Below, piece by piece: positions 9,154 through 18,486 of a stretch of DNA of 64,000 nucleotides. Every line of letters starts with the position of its first letter. The stretch's first letter is position 1. Made by a program: the position numbers and the translations under genes. The DNA comes from Bacteroidetes bacterium CG12_big_fil_rev_8_21_14_0_65_60_17 (GTDB taxonomy: Bacteria > Bacteroidota > Rhodothermia > Rhodothermales > UBA10348), in assembly GCA_002787815.1 (NCBI GenBank), contig PCUY01000072.1:30973-94972 (forward strand). Reading direction: 5' to 3'. The notes beneath the pieces were generated by a model. That model worked only from the letters and a program-made list of their open reading frames with translations. It was not told the origin of the DNA and searched no databases.

Positions 9154-9771
9154 ATGACATACCAACGCTTTTTCCTTCCCCTTTTTCTCACGGCCACACT
9201 TGCCATGCTTCCCGCAGGTGCCCATGCCCAACTCGGCGTGGCCGCCGGCCTTAATTTTGCATCAATAGACGATATCGACGTATCGGGCGGTCGCGGCAAT
9301 TTCGACAGCGCAACGGGCTACCATGTCGGTGCCTTTTACGATCTGGGATTGGGACCTGCCGCGTTGCGGCTTGGTCTCTTCTACAGGGACATGGGCGATG
9401 TAGACGTATCGCTCGCCGGCATCCGGGAGTCGTTCGATGTGACCCTGATTGACATTCCGTTTGACCTCCGGTTTGATGTCATGGCCACACCCGTTGTCCG
9501 TCCCTATATCCTGGTTGGGCCCGTGTTCTCGTTTGCCTCGAGTGACAACGATGACTTCGACAGTGCACTGAAGGATGTCCAGGTGGCTGGCAATGTCGGC
9601 GTCGGTCTATCCATAAACGCAGGTGTCGCACACCTATTCCCGGAAATCCGTTACAGCGTCGGGCTGTCGCGATTCATGGATGACGATGCTACAGTGCGTG
9701 GTGTCCGGTTCTCGGCCGACGACACGCAAAGACAGAACAGCGTGATGCTGCGTCTCGGTCTGCGTTTCTGA
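9154..9771 (+). CDS. small outer-membrane beta-barrel protein
   Basis: Signal peptide ending AGAHAQ, an alternating hydrophobic pattern, and a C-terminal aromatic terminus (LRLGLRF). Confidence 0.7.
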   Translation: MTYQRFFLPLFLTATLAMLPAGAHAQLGVAAGLNFASIDDIDVSGGRGNFDSATGYHVGAFYDLGLGPAALRLGLFYRDMGDVDVSLAGIRESFDVTLIDIPFDLRFDVMATPVVRPYILVGPVFSFASSDNDDFDSALKDVQVAGNVGVGLSINAGVAHLFPEIRYSVGLSRFMDDDATVRGVRFSADDTQRQNSVMLRLGLRF

Positions 9772-9789
9772 CGCGTTACAGACTTTCCG

Positions 9790-10476
9790 TCACGACACGC
9801 CTTCAAAGAAACGGAACCTGCGGTCATCGACGCGGATGGTCTCAACTTCAGGCTCGACGGGGTCACGGCCCGCGGCCCATTCCGGCACCGCGGCGTTGGT
9901 CATGGACCGCTCGCTGTAGAAATGGCGAGTCCGGGGTGAGAAGGGTCGGTGCCGAGAATCGGCATGGCGCACCATGTGGGCAATGTACAGTGCTGTATTC
10001 CATCCCGGTACACGATGCGCCGGTGTGAGACTCATGTAGTGCTCCCGTTTTGGCGATGTGGGGCTGAAAGCGCTGAACTGGAAAGGATCGAGCACGACGC
10101 TCTGATACGAGCGTTTGCCGCGGTATCCGGTTTCCACCCGATTCCTGATGACCCATGCTACGAGCGCCTGTTCTTCCGGGCGCTTGGTTTCCGAGTATAT
10201 GGCTCGTGCCAGCCAGAGTGTCTCGGAGTCGATATCTTCCGTGCGGAAGGTTTTGCGGTGTCGGGGATCCAACAGCGCCTCCTCCCACGGCTTCAGAGGA
10301 CTGGCTGCCCGGGAGTCCAGCAACAGGTGGGCCAGTTCCGGATTCAATGCGTACGACGTGGAGGAACGCAGATCGTGCTGATACACCATGAAACCTGTGA
10401 GACCCAGGATCAGGCACACCGATCCGAAAAGTCGCATTTTCATAGGTTTATCCAGATGATTACTGTAGTTGTACAT
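9790..10476 (-). CDS. SleB-family cell-wall hydrolase (Hydrolase_2-like)
   Basis: LWLARAIYSETKRPEEQALVAWVIRNRVETGYRGKRSYQSVVLDPFQFSAF matches the SleB/CwlJ-type catalytic domain. N-terminal signal/anchor (MKMRLFGSVCLILGLTGFMVY). Alternative starts at 10443 and 10437. Confidence 0.8.
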   Translation of the reverse strand: MYNYSNHLDKPMKMRLFGSVCLILGLTGFMVYQHDLRSSTSYALNPELAHLLLDSRAASPLKPWEEALLDPRHRKTFRTEDIDSETLWLARAIYSETKRPEEQALVAWVIRNRVETGYRGKRSYQSVVLDPFQFSAFSPTSPKREHYMSLTPAHRVPGWNTALYIAHMVRHADSRHRPFSPRTRHFYSERSMTNAAVPEWAAGRDPVEPEVETIRVDDRRFRFFEGVS

Positions 10477-10513
10477 TGGCCGCTCACTACGGCACGGTGA
10501 TAGTCCGGTTTCA

Positions 10514-10540
10514 TTATCGGTGGCTTTGCAAGAAACTGTA
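10514..10540 (-). promoter_or_regulatory. sigma-28 (FliA/SigD)-type promoter candidate upstream of the SleB-like hydrolase
   Basis: The minus strand reads TACAGTTT-N11-ACCGATAA against the consensus TAAAGTTT-N11-GCCGATAA (14/16, exact spacing). It ends 38 bp upstream of the ATG at 10476. Confidence 0.45.
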
Positions 10541-10684
10541 ACTATTGGGTTTACAGCTTTAAATTACGTATTCATGCCACCTTCAATACGCGTTCATCCG
10601 CAGTTCACTGCTCCTCAGTGGGGCCTTCACTGTACCTTGGCACCTGCTTGATATACACGTTCTCCACCGCTCACACCTACCCGA

Positions 10685-11824
10685 ATGAACATCCTGGTAG
10701 ATGACGCCATCCCTGCTGCCGCTCGCTGTTTCAGTCCATTCGGGCACGTGCGAAGCGTGCCGGGGCACCTGATTGGCCGTACTGAGGCAGCGTGGGCCGA
10801 TGCCCTTGTTGTACGCTCGGTGACACGCATTGACCGTCACCTGCTCGAGGATACCGACGTAATGTTCGTGGGGAGTGCGACGGCAGGCGTGGACCATGTG
10901 GATCAGGACTGGCTTCGCCAAGCCGGTATCTCGTTTGCGGCAGCCTCCGGTGCGAATGCGGCGGCCGTGTGCGACTACGTCCTCGCAGCCCTCGGTGTCG
11001 CCGTGGAACGGGGTGTTACCGGGAACTGGCCGGACACAGCGGTGGGAATTATCGGATACGGGAACGTGGGCTCAAAGCTCGCGCGGCGTCTGGAACAACT
11101 GGGTTGTCACGTACTGGTGAACGACCCGCCAAGAGCAGCGCGCGGTACGATGGACAGGGCATCTACGCCACTTTCCGATCTGCTCGGCCGGGCACAGGTA
11201 CTCTCGTTGCACACACCCTTGGTGGGCAGGGGCACGTGGTCCACGACAGGTCTCATTGATGCAAGACGACTGGCTGACCTCCCGGCACGAGCCGTGCTCA
11301 TCCAGACTTCACGGGGCGGGATACTTGACGACCAGGCGGCGGCACGTCTAAGAAGGCAGGGTGACCTGTCCTTCATGGCCATGGATGTCTGGGAGCACGA
11401 ACCCGTTCCCGACGTGGTCGTGATGGATAGCGCGGACCTGGTGACACCGCATATTGCCGGATACACGGCCAGTGCGAAGCGGCAGAGTGTGACAGCGATA
11501 GTAAAGGCGCTCGAAGTGTTTCTGGGACGTTCGCCGGGAGAATGGGACTCGCCACCTGAAAAGGTAAGCGTACTGCCCTCGCCACCACCCTGGCCGGGAC
11601 CGGGCCCGGCCTTTTCCTGGCTGACGCAACAGCTCTATGATATCCGGGAAGATGACAGATGGATGCGTCGTGCGATGACCGCCACGGATTCTGCTGCCGG
11701 GAAAGGGGACGTTTTCCATGGGCTGCGCAAGCGCTATGGCACGCGTCCGGGCTTTGACGCATACCGCCTGGAGACAAGCGATGCCCGTTGGAGGGCCCTC
11801 TTTGATGCGATTACACGCCCGTAA
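10685..11824 (+). CDS. pdxB: 4-phosphoerythronate dehydrogenase
   Basis: MNILVDDAIP... N-terminus, a D-2-hydroxyacid dehydrogenase NAD fold (GIIGYGNVGSKLARRL), and the PdxB-specific C-terminal extension. Confidence 0.8.
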   Translation: MNILVDDAIPAAARCFSPFGHVRSVPGHLIGRTEAAWADALVVRSVTRIDRHLLEDTDVMFVGSATAGVDHVDQDWLRQAGISFAAASGANAAAVCDYVLAALGVAVERGVTGNWPDTAVGIIGYGNVGSKLARRLEQLGCHVLVNDPPRAARGTMDRASTPLSDLLGRAQVLSLHTPLVGRGTWSTTGLIDARRLADLPARAVLIQTSRGGILDDQAAARLRRQGDLSFMAMDVWEHEPVPDVVVMDSADLVTPHIAGYTASAKRQSVTAIVKALEVFLGRSPGEWDSPPEKVSVLPSPPPWPGPGPAFSWLTQQLYDIREDDRWMRRAMTATDSAAGKGDVFHGLRKRYGTRPGFDAYRLETSDARWRALFDAITRP

Positions 11825-12725
11825 AGCCGAATGATCGCAGATGTCCCTCGTTGTTGCGCCAGTCACTGCGTACTTTCACGAAGAGGCGCAGGAACACGCC
11901 TCGTCCGAGGAACGCCTCGATATCCGTTCGGGCCTGCATCCCTATTTTTTTCAGGGCTTCCCCTTTTTTGCCGATCAGGATGCCTTTCTGTGAGTCACGC
12001 TCCACAATGATTTCCGCATCGATCAGATCCTTCTCGTCTTCGCGCTCTTCCCAAGCCACGATATCGACCTGGGTGGAGTAGGGTACCTCCTTGCGGTAGT
12101 TCATGAAAATCTTTTCCCGGATGATTTCCGATATGAAAAACCGCTCCGGTTGTTCGCTGATCTGATCCTTGGGATAGAACGGCGGACCCTGTGGCAGCAA
12201 CGTCTGTATTTCCTTCAGAACGCGATCCACGTTGAATCCTTTCAGGGCCGAAACAGGAATCACCGCATGGAAGGGATGTGCTTCGCTGTAGGCCGCCGCA
12301 AGTGGAAGTACTTCCTCCTGACTCATCTTGTCTATTTTGTTGAGGATCAGGATGGAGGGTGTCTCACCGGCGTATTTGAGCGTAACGTCATCGACGTCAC
12401 TGTACGTCGCATCTACCATGAAGACCATGATATCCGCGTCGGAGACGGACACCTTGACATCCGCCATCATGGCCTCCTGCATGCGGTATGCCGGCTTGAT
12501 GATTCCGGGCGTGTCGAGCAGGATGATCTGGTAATCGTCGCCCGAGAGAATACCGAGCACGCGCTGGCGTGTGGTCTGCGGTTTGCGCGTCACAATGGAG
12601 AGTTTCTGCTCCATGAGGGTATTGAGAAGGGTGCTCTTGCCCACGTTCGGGCGGCCAATGATGGCAACATATCCCGATCGGTGGGCGACGCTGGGTTCGA
12701 TACCGGTGTCTGGGGTGGTTTTCAT
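11811..12725 (-). CDS. era: GTPase Era
   Basis: GRPNVGKSTLLN, DTPG and NKID G-motifs plus a C-terminal KH domain. Confidence 0.95.
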   Translation of the reverse strand: MKTTPDTGIEPSVAHRSGYVAIIGRPNVGKSTLLNTLMEQKLSIVTRKPQTTRQRVLGILSGDDYQIILLDTPGIIKPAYRMQEAMMADVKVSVSDADIMVFMVDATYSDVDDVTLKYAGETPSILILNKIDKMSQEEVLPLAAAYSEAHPFHAVIPVSALKGFNVDRVLKEIQTLLPQGPPFYPKDQISEQPERFFISEIIREKIFMNYRKEVPYSTQVDIVAWEEREDEKDLIDAEIIVERDSQKGILIGKKGEALKKIGMQARTDIEAFLGRGVFLRLFVKVRSDWRNNEGHLRSFGFTGV

Positions 12726-13453
12726 TCGCGGATGGGTTGAACGAGGCGGCGCATGTCGGCAACGGCTGCGCGCAGTCCGGTGAACAGGGACCGGGCAATG
12801 ACAGCAAACCCGATGGACACCTCGGAAACATGGGGTACGTGCTCCCGGAAAAGTGGGTAGTTATCGTAGTCGAGGCCGTGGCCTGCGTGAACGACGAGTC
12901 CCTCCGCGCGGGCAATGCTCGCTGCCTCTGCCAGCCGCTTGAGCTGGGCATGCATGGCATCAGGGGTACGTGCATTGGCGAATTCTCCGGTGTGGAGTTC
13001 TACGGCGTCGGCGCCGACGCGACGGGCCGCGACGATCTGCTCGGGATTGGGATCCATGAAAATGGCCACCTGCGATATATCCGCGGCGTGCAATCGATCC
13101 ACGGCGCGCCGCGTGTCATCTTCCTGCGAGAGCACGTTCAGGCCACATTCCGTTGTTATTTCCTCGCGACGCTCGGGGACCAGTGTGGCCAGGTGTGGTT
13201 GAATCCGCTCGCAGATGGAGATGATTCCGGGAGCCATGCTGAGTTCGAAGTCGAGCTTGCCCTGGACACCTTGCTTCAGTTGTTCCACGTCACGGTCGGT
13301 GATATGGCGGCGATCTTCACGAAGGTGGAATACGATGCCATCGGCTCCTGCCAATTCGCATTCCCGTGCGGCCAGGGTCGGATCCGGATGCGCTCCCTGT
13401 CTGGCGTTGCGCAATGTGGCCACATGGTCTATGTTGATGAGTAGTCGGGTCAT
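12722..13453 (-). CDS. pdxJ: pyridoxine 5'-phosphate synthase
   Basis: LLINIDHVATLRNARQGAHPDP and HLREDRRHI motifs; its stop overlaps the era start by 4 bp. Confidence 0.95.
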   Translation of the reverse strand: MTRLLINIDHVATLRNARQGAHPDPTLAARECELAGADGIVFHLREDRRHITDRDVEQLKQGVQGKLDFELSMAPGIISICERIQPHLATLVPERREEITTECGLNVLSQEDDTRRAVDRLHAADISQVAIFMDPNPEQIVAARRVGADAVELHTGEFANARTPDAMHAQLKRLAEAASIARAEGLVVHAGHGLDYDNYPLFREHVPHVSEVSIGFAVIARSLFTGLRAAVADMRRLVQPIRE

Positions 13454-13650
13454 TGAAAAAATCAGAGCAACTGCAGCCCACTTTATGAGTCATGCTCGAA
13501 CCACCACCAACCGGGAATGTTTTGCGTGGCGTGTCGGCGAGCTTCTGGTTCCGCTGCGTTGCTTTTCGCAATGCATGCCCGTATTTTCATCCCGATATGC
13601 CATGAGGCATGTTATTCCATACTCCACCGATTTACTGAAACCCTACACTT

Positions 13651-14112
13651 ATGGCCTCCAGTAGCCAAGGAATTCAGACGGCCCTGCAGGCCGTTCTCGC
13701 CATTGTCATCGTTGTGCTGGCCTACATCCTCTACCAGTCCATCACGGAGCCGTATGCCAGGGTGGAACGCCAGAAAGAATTGACAGAGCTGACGCGCGAA
13801 CGCATGCGGGATGTCCGTTCAGCACTTGTGACCTATGAACGCAGGAATGATCGCTTCCTCTCGACACTCGACTCTCTGTTGATGTGGGTCAAACAGGACT
13901 CGTTCATGATCGCGAAGGCCGACAGTATTTTTGGCTCGGATCTGGACGTGGATTCACTGATCTACTCGCCCCGTACCGGAAAAAAGTTCGAATATGTACT
14001 GAACGACACGTCACGAGTGTCGACATATCTCCTGAAAGATCCGGACTCGATCGACTCCATAGGTACGATGATGGGCGACGTCACGTTGCTCAATGCGGCC
14101 AGCTGGGAGTAA
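13651..14112 (+). CDS. hypothetical single-pass membrane protein (pilin-like topology)
   Basis: N-terminal TM helix (ALQAVLAIVIVVLAYILYQSI) followed by a soluble domain. No recognisable catalytic motif. Confidence 0.55.
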   Translation: MASSSQGIQTALQAVLAIVIVVLAYILYQSITEPYARVERQKELTELTRERMRDVRSALVTYERRNDRFLSTLDSLLMWVKQDSFMIAKADSIFGSDLDVDSLIYSPRTGKKFEYVLNDTSRVSTYLLKDPDSIDSIGTMMGDVTLLNAASWE

Positions 14113-15016
14113 GCGATTGAGTCACGACGCCCGCTCACGAGTAGGTATTTCCTTTTCCCGTGGTGTCATGCGCTACGTGGAGGTGGACCGGCGGGAATCT
14201 GGATGGGGGCTGGTGCGGCTCGGCAGTTGTGATTTCGAGTTCAACGCCGAGCGTGAACTCTTCGGTGATGTAATGTCGCGGAAGTTGGATGTCATGCGAA
14301 GTGCTGTATCGGATGTGTTTGCGTCCACGTTCACCGGTGTGGTTCGGTGTGTCGTGCCGGCCGCCAGCACGACTGCTTTCCGGACCGCCGTCGAAGAAAC
14401 CGATTCCAGGGATCAGCGGGAGTCCATGTTGGCTTTCGAAGCGTCTGTGCTCACCGCGGGCAAAACGGGGGGAGATCTCTATCCCACGGAGGGGACGCCG
14501 CAGGAGCCGGGAGCCCCTGTTCCCGTTCACGTCTATCATGTGGATGAAGAGACGACGACGCGCGTCCGCCATGTTTGCAGCGTTTTTGACGACACACCGA
14601 TAGAACCGGTACCGTCGGCCACGGCGGTATATCATGGCGTCTGGCCCCTGATCGCGTCGTCGGCCCCATCCTGCGTGCTGCTTCTCGGAGCTTACGACCA
14701 ATACACGGAATACCAGGTCATTCTGGATGGTACGCGGCGTGCCGATACGGTCGTCGATGCGGGAGAGGAGGCTGACCGGATATATTTCAGTCTCGATGCG
14801 GTCCGTCGGTTGGGGATTGATGTAAACCGGGTGGACAACGTGCTCCTCCATGGCGACCGGGTAGACGGCAGCCTGATTGCGGCGCTGCATGAGGTGTGGA
14901 CAGGGCGTGTAGAGCTGGCCAATCCGGGACCGGTCGTACAGTTGGAGGAGGGGCGCCTCGAAGCGGATTTCGGATTTGAAGCGTTTCTTGCCACAGTGGG
15001 AGCGGCGATTTATTAG
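14093..15016 (+). CDS. hypothetical protein
   Basis: Long ORF with coding-like composition that overlaps the upstream gene. The start is uncertain (ATG 14093, TTG 14117 or ATG 14168). The N-terminus VGISFSRGVMRYVEVD weakly recalls PilM/actin-like ATPase N-termini. Confidence 0.5.
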   Translation: MRPAGSKRLSHDARSRVGISFSRGVMRYVEVDRRESGWGLVRLGSCDFEFNAERELFGDVMSRKLDVMRSAVSDVFASTFTGVVRCVVPAASTTAFRTAVEETDSRDQRESMLAFEASVLTAGKTGGDLYPTEGTPQEPGAPVPVHVYHVDEETTTRVRHVCSVFDDTPIEPVPSATAVYHGVWPLIASSAPSCVLLLGAYDQYTEYQVILDGTRRADTVVDAGEEADRIYFSLDAVRRLGIDVNRVDNVLLHGDRVDGSLIAALHEVWTGRVELANPGPVVQLEEGRLEADFGFEAFLATVGAAIY

Positions 15017-15039
15017 GGGTTACATGTTTTCAGGGATAC

Positions 15040-15585
15040 ATGCGCATAATTGCGGGAACGTACCGGAGGCGGACCATCAAAGCACCCGATGGCCATACAA
15101 CACGGCCTACAACAGATCGGGCACGGGAATCGATGTTCAACCTCATATTCAGCCGGTTGGATCTGGACGGTGTCCGCGTGCTTGATCTGTTTTGCGGGTC
15201 GGGATCGTTGGGTCTGGAAGCGCTGAGTCGAGGGGCCGGAGCGGTTCATTTTGTGGACCTTGAACCACGGGTAATAGCCGTTGCGGAAGAAAACGCAGCC
15301 ACACTCGATGATGACCTTCCGTGTTCGTTCGAGCTCGGGGAGGCGTTTGACGTTCTTCGTCGGACGGCCCCTGCCACGTATGATCTTGTTCTTGCGGATC
15401 CTCCGTATGACATGCCGGATGTTTCCCGGCTGCCAGCTGCCGTGAAGCACGTCCTGGGACCGGGAGGCCTGTTTGTACTGGAGCATGATCGGCATCTGGA
15501 CGTGGCCGACCATCCGGACTGTGAGACTTCACGGACGTATGGCCGGACCAATGTGTCGGTTTTCATGTATGGAGACGAATCATGA
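15040..15585 (+). CDS. rsmD: 16S rRNA (guanine966-N2)-methyltransferase
   Basis: MRIIAGTYRRRTIKAP...TRPTTDRARESMFNLI, the SAM motif LDLFCGSGSLGLEA, and DPPY. Confidence 0.9.
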   Translation: MRIIAGTYRRRTIKAPDGHTTRPTTDRARESMFNLIFSRLDLDGVRVLDLFCGSGSLGLEALSRGAGAVHFVDLEPRVIAVAEENAATLDDDLPCSFELGEAFDVLRRTAPATYDLVLADPPYDMPDVSRLPAAVKHVLGPGGLFVLEHDRHLDVADHPDCETSRTYGRTNVSVFMYGDES

Positions 15586-16076
15586 GCGTACGATTGGCAT
15601 TGTATCCGGGGTCGTTCGATCCCTTCACACTTGGACATCTCGACATCGTCGAGCGGGCGAGTCGCGTGTTTGACCGCGTGGAAGTGACCGTTGCTGAGAA
15701 CACGAGCAAAAAAACGCTACTGTCCCTTGAGGATCGACGGCGTCTCGTAACGGAGTCCACGTCGCATCTGGACAACGTTGATGTCCGCAGTTTTACGGGG
15801 CTGCTGGCCGAGTACGCCGTCAGTCGGGGCGCATGTGCCCTGGTCAGGGGGTTGCGGCAGGTATCCGATTTTGAATATGAGTTCAGGATGGCCTTTGCGA
15901 ATCGCCGTCTGGCCCCGGACATCGAGACAGTGTTTCTCATGACGAGCGAACAGTATGCGCTCGTGTCCTCATCCATTGTCCGCGAAATCCACCACTGGGG
16001 TGGCGATATTTCCAGTTTCGTTCCACCGCCCGTTCTGGGTGCCCTTTGCGGCACCCCGGGATCAGATCCGATATGA
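15582..16076 (+). CDS. coaD: pantetheine-phosphate adenylyltransferase
   Basis: YPGSFDPFTLGHLDIVERA (T/HxGH) and the ISSSIVRE-like SSSIVREI motif. Confidence 0.95.
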   Translation: MSVRLALYPGSFDPFTLGHLDIVERASRVFDRVEVTVAENTSKKTLLSLEDRRRLVTESTSHLDNVDVRSFTGLLAEYAVSRGACALVRGLRQVSDFEYEFRMAFANRRLAPDIETVFLMTSEQYALVSSSIVREIHHWGGDISSFVPPPVLGALCGTPGSDPI

Positions 16077-17290
16077 TGCTCACCGTGACAGAATCATTCA
16101 ACCCCCGACTGGAGGCCATGCAGCCGTCCGCAACACTGGCCATGACGGCACGGGCTGCAGCCCGTCGTCGAGCCGGGCATCCGGTGATTGGTCTGAGTGC
16201 GGGAGAGCCGGACTTCGACACGCCGGCGCCCGTCGTGGAGGCCGCCATCGCGGCCATCAGGGAGGGCTTCACGCACTACACGGACAACAAGGGTATGCCC
16301 GAGTTGAGGGAGGCCATTGCACGGAAGCTGCGCGAGGACAACGGCTTGTCGTATGATCCGGAACAGGTCATCTGTTCCAACGGGGCGAAGCAGTCGGTGA
16401 TGCAGGCGATAGCCGTACTCTGTCGCCCAGGCGACGAGGTCATTATTCCTGCCCCCTATTGGGTATCCTATCCTGAAATGGTCAGATTTTCGGGTGGTAA
16501 CCCGGTTGTTGTCACCACCGACGTCGCTTCGGAATGGAAAATGTCTCCTTCGCAACTGGAGTCTGCCATTACGGAGAATACGCGCATTGTCATCCTGTGC
16601 TCTCCCAGCAACCCGACCGGGAGCGTGTACTCGCGCAGTGAACTGGCGGCGCTGGTGGACGTGTTGGATCGTCACAGGCACGTTTATGTTATATCCGATG
16701 AAATCTACGAGCACCTGGTATACGGTGTGGATCACGTGTCCATGGCATCATGGGCATCGGTCCACGACCGGACTATTACGGTGAACGGATTTTCCAAGGC
16801 GTGGGCCATGACCGGTTGGCGCCTGGGATACATGGCGGCGCGACCGGATATCGTCAAGGCGGCCGCCAAGCTCCAGGGTCAATACACATCAGGTCCGAGC
16901 TCCATCTCCCAGCGTGCCGGCATTGCGGCTCTGACGATGGGACAGGGACCCGTGGAAGAGATGGTATCAGCGTTTCGGCACCGACGCGACACGACGCTGG
17001 CCGGTCTGACAGCCATTCCTGATCTTGTCTGTCCGGAGCCACAGGGAGCATTCTATCTGTTCCCCGACGTGGGAGCCTACCTGGGAGCCCGGCAGCCTGA
17101 CGGGACGGTGGTCGATTCCACGGAAACGCTCTGCTTCTATCTGCTGGAGGAACACAATGTAGCACTTGTACCGGGATCCGCTTTCGGGGGGCACCGCGGT
17201 ATTCGTCTGTCGTATGCAGCCTCCCTGGGGGACCTGGAAGAGGCGGTAACGCGCATTGTTCGGGCGTTTGACGCATTGGAACGCAGCTGA
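16073..17290 (+). CDS. class I/II PLP-dependent aminotransferase (aspartate aminotransferase-like)
   Basis: SPSNPTGSVY and the PLP-lysine motif NGFSKAWAMTGWRLGY. Start set at the ATG at 16073, overlapping the coaD stop. Confidence 0.88.
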   Translation: MMLTVTESFNPRLEAMQPSATLAMTARAAARRRAGHPVIGLSAGEPDFDTPAPVVEAAIAAIREGFTHYTDNKGMPELREAIARKLREDNGLSYDPEQVICSNGAKQSVMQAIAVLCRPGDEVIIPAPYWVSYPEMVRFSGGNPVVVTTDVASEWKMSPSQLESAITENTRIVILCSPSNPTGSVYSRSELAALVDVLDRHRHVYVISDEIYEHLVYGVDHVSMASWASVHDRTITVNGFSKAWAMTGWRLGYMAARPDIVKAAAKLQGQYTSGPSSISQRAGIAALTMGQGPVEEMVSAFRHRRDTTLAGLTAIPDLVCPEPQGAFYLFPDVGAYLGARQPDGTVVDSTETLCFYLLEEHNVALVPGSAFGGHRGIRLSYAASLGDLEEAVTRIVRAFDALERS

Positions 17291-18486
17291 TGCCACAACA
17301 CAGAGACCGGTATCTGCTGCACCTGATCCTGTTCGTACTGACACTCGGGTCGACCGTCCTGGCGGGAGCCACGCTGGCCGGGCGGGATATTGTCTACGGC
17401 GAAGCGGCGCCTCTTTTCCACATGTTGGGAATGCGTATAACGTGGCCTTGGCTACAGGATGGCCTGCTCTACGGGGGTTCGTTGCTGCTTTTTCTGACCG
17501 TACATGAATTCGGGCACTACCTCGCTGCGAGGTACCACCATGTTCGCACGAGCTTGCCGTATTACATCCCGTTTCCGTTCAACGGAATTGGAACATTCGG
17601 TGCTGTCATCCGGATTCGGCAACCGATTCCGGACATGCGGAAGCTGTTCGATATCGGGGCAGCCGGCCCCCTGGCCGGGTTTGCGGTAGCCCTCGGCGTA
17701 CTGATTTTCGCCGTGGCGACACTCCCGGGACCCGACTATATGATGGGTATGCCGGGACATGAGGCCCTCAAACAATACATTTCGCGGTACGGGGCCTTTC
17801 CATCGGCCGCTCCCGACGTGGCCAACGTACTGGGTGCCACTCCCGAAGGAGAGGGATTCACCCTTGTCGTCGGCATGACACCGCTCTACTGGCTCATTAC
17901 GTCATTTGCAGAGCACACACCGCCCATGTGGGAAATGTATCATTATCCGGTGCTGTTCGCCGGTTGGCTCGGGCTCTTTTTCACTGCGCTCAACCTTCTT
18001 CCGGTGGGACAACTGGATGGTGGTCACATTCTCTATGCCCTGGTGGGACCCAGATGGCATGGCCGCCTGGCCCGCGGGTTCGTGTTGTTCCTTCTCGTTT
18101 CGGGAGGGCTCGGTTTCGTAGCGGAAGCTTCCACGTCGGCGCATGCGTGGCTTCCCTGGCTTCCGGGAGCACCGTGGGTGCTGCTGGCCATCATGATGTA
18201 TCTGTTTCTGCAGCGCATTTTCCGGAACGAGTCGGACCTGATTGCACCCATGCTGCTTGCGATGACGCTCATTATTGCCCTCCTGTCACGGATCCCGTTT
18301 GCGGTCTCGACGTTCGGATACACCGGTTGGCTCATCTGGTGTCTGCTGATCGTGGTTTTCATCAAGGTGGATCATCCGCCCGTGCTATACATGCAACCGT
18401 TGTCACCCGCCCGCCGGTGGATGGCATACGCCGGCATGATCATATTCGTGCTCTGCTTCAGCATCCGACCCCTGTATGTACTCTGA
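17290..18486 (+). CDS. site-2 protease family (peptidase M50) membrane metalloprotease
   Basis: HEFGHYLAAR (HExxH), NLLPVGQLDGGHIL, and multiple TM helices. Confidence 0.85.
   Translation: MPQHRDRYLLHLILFVLTLGSTVLAGATLAGRDIVYGEAAPLFHMLGMRITWPWLQDGLLYGGSLLLFLTVHEFGHYLAARYHHVRTSLPYYIPFPFNGIGTFGAVIRIRQPIPDMRKLFDIGAAGPLAGFAVALGVLIFAVATLPGPDYMMGMPGHEALKQYISRYGAFPSAAPDVANVLGATPEGEGFTLVVGMTPLYWLITSFAEHTPPMWEMYHYPVLFAGWLGLFFTALNLLPVGQLDGGHILYALVGPRWHGRLARGFVLFLLVSGGLGFVAEASTSAHAWLPWLPGAPWVLLAIMMYLFLQRIFRNESDLIAPMLLAMTLIIALLSRIPFAVSTFGYTGWLIWCLLIVVFIKVDHPPVLYMQPLSPARRWMAYAGMIIFVLCFSIRPLYVL

Noticed and set aside
10638-10651. TGGCAC-CTGC-TTGA upstream of pdxB
   Set aside because: The spacer is one base too short, and the -12 element reads GA instead of GC. 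This is not a credible sigma-54 promoter.
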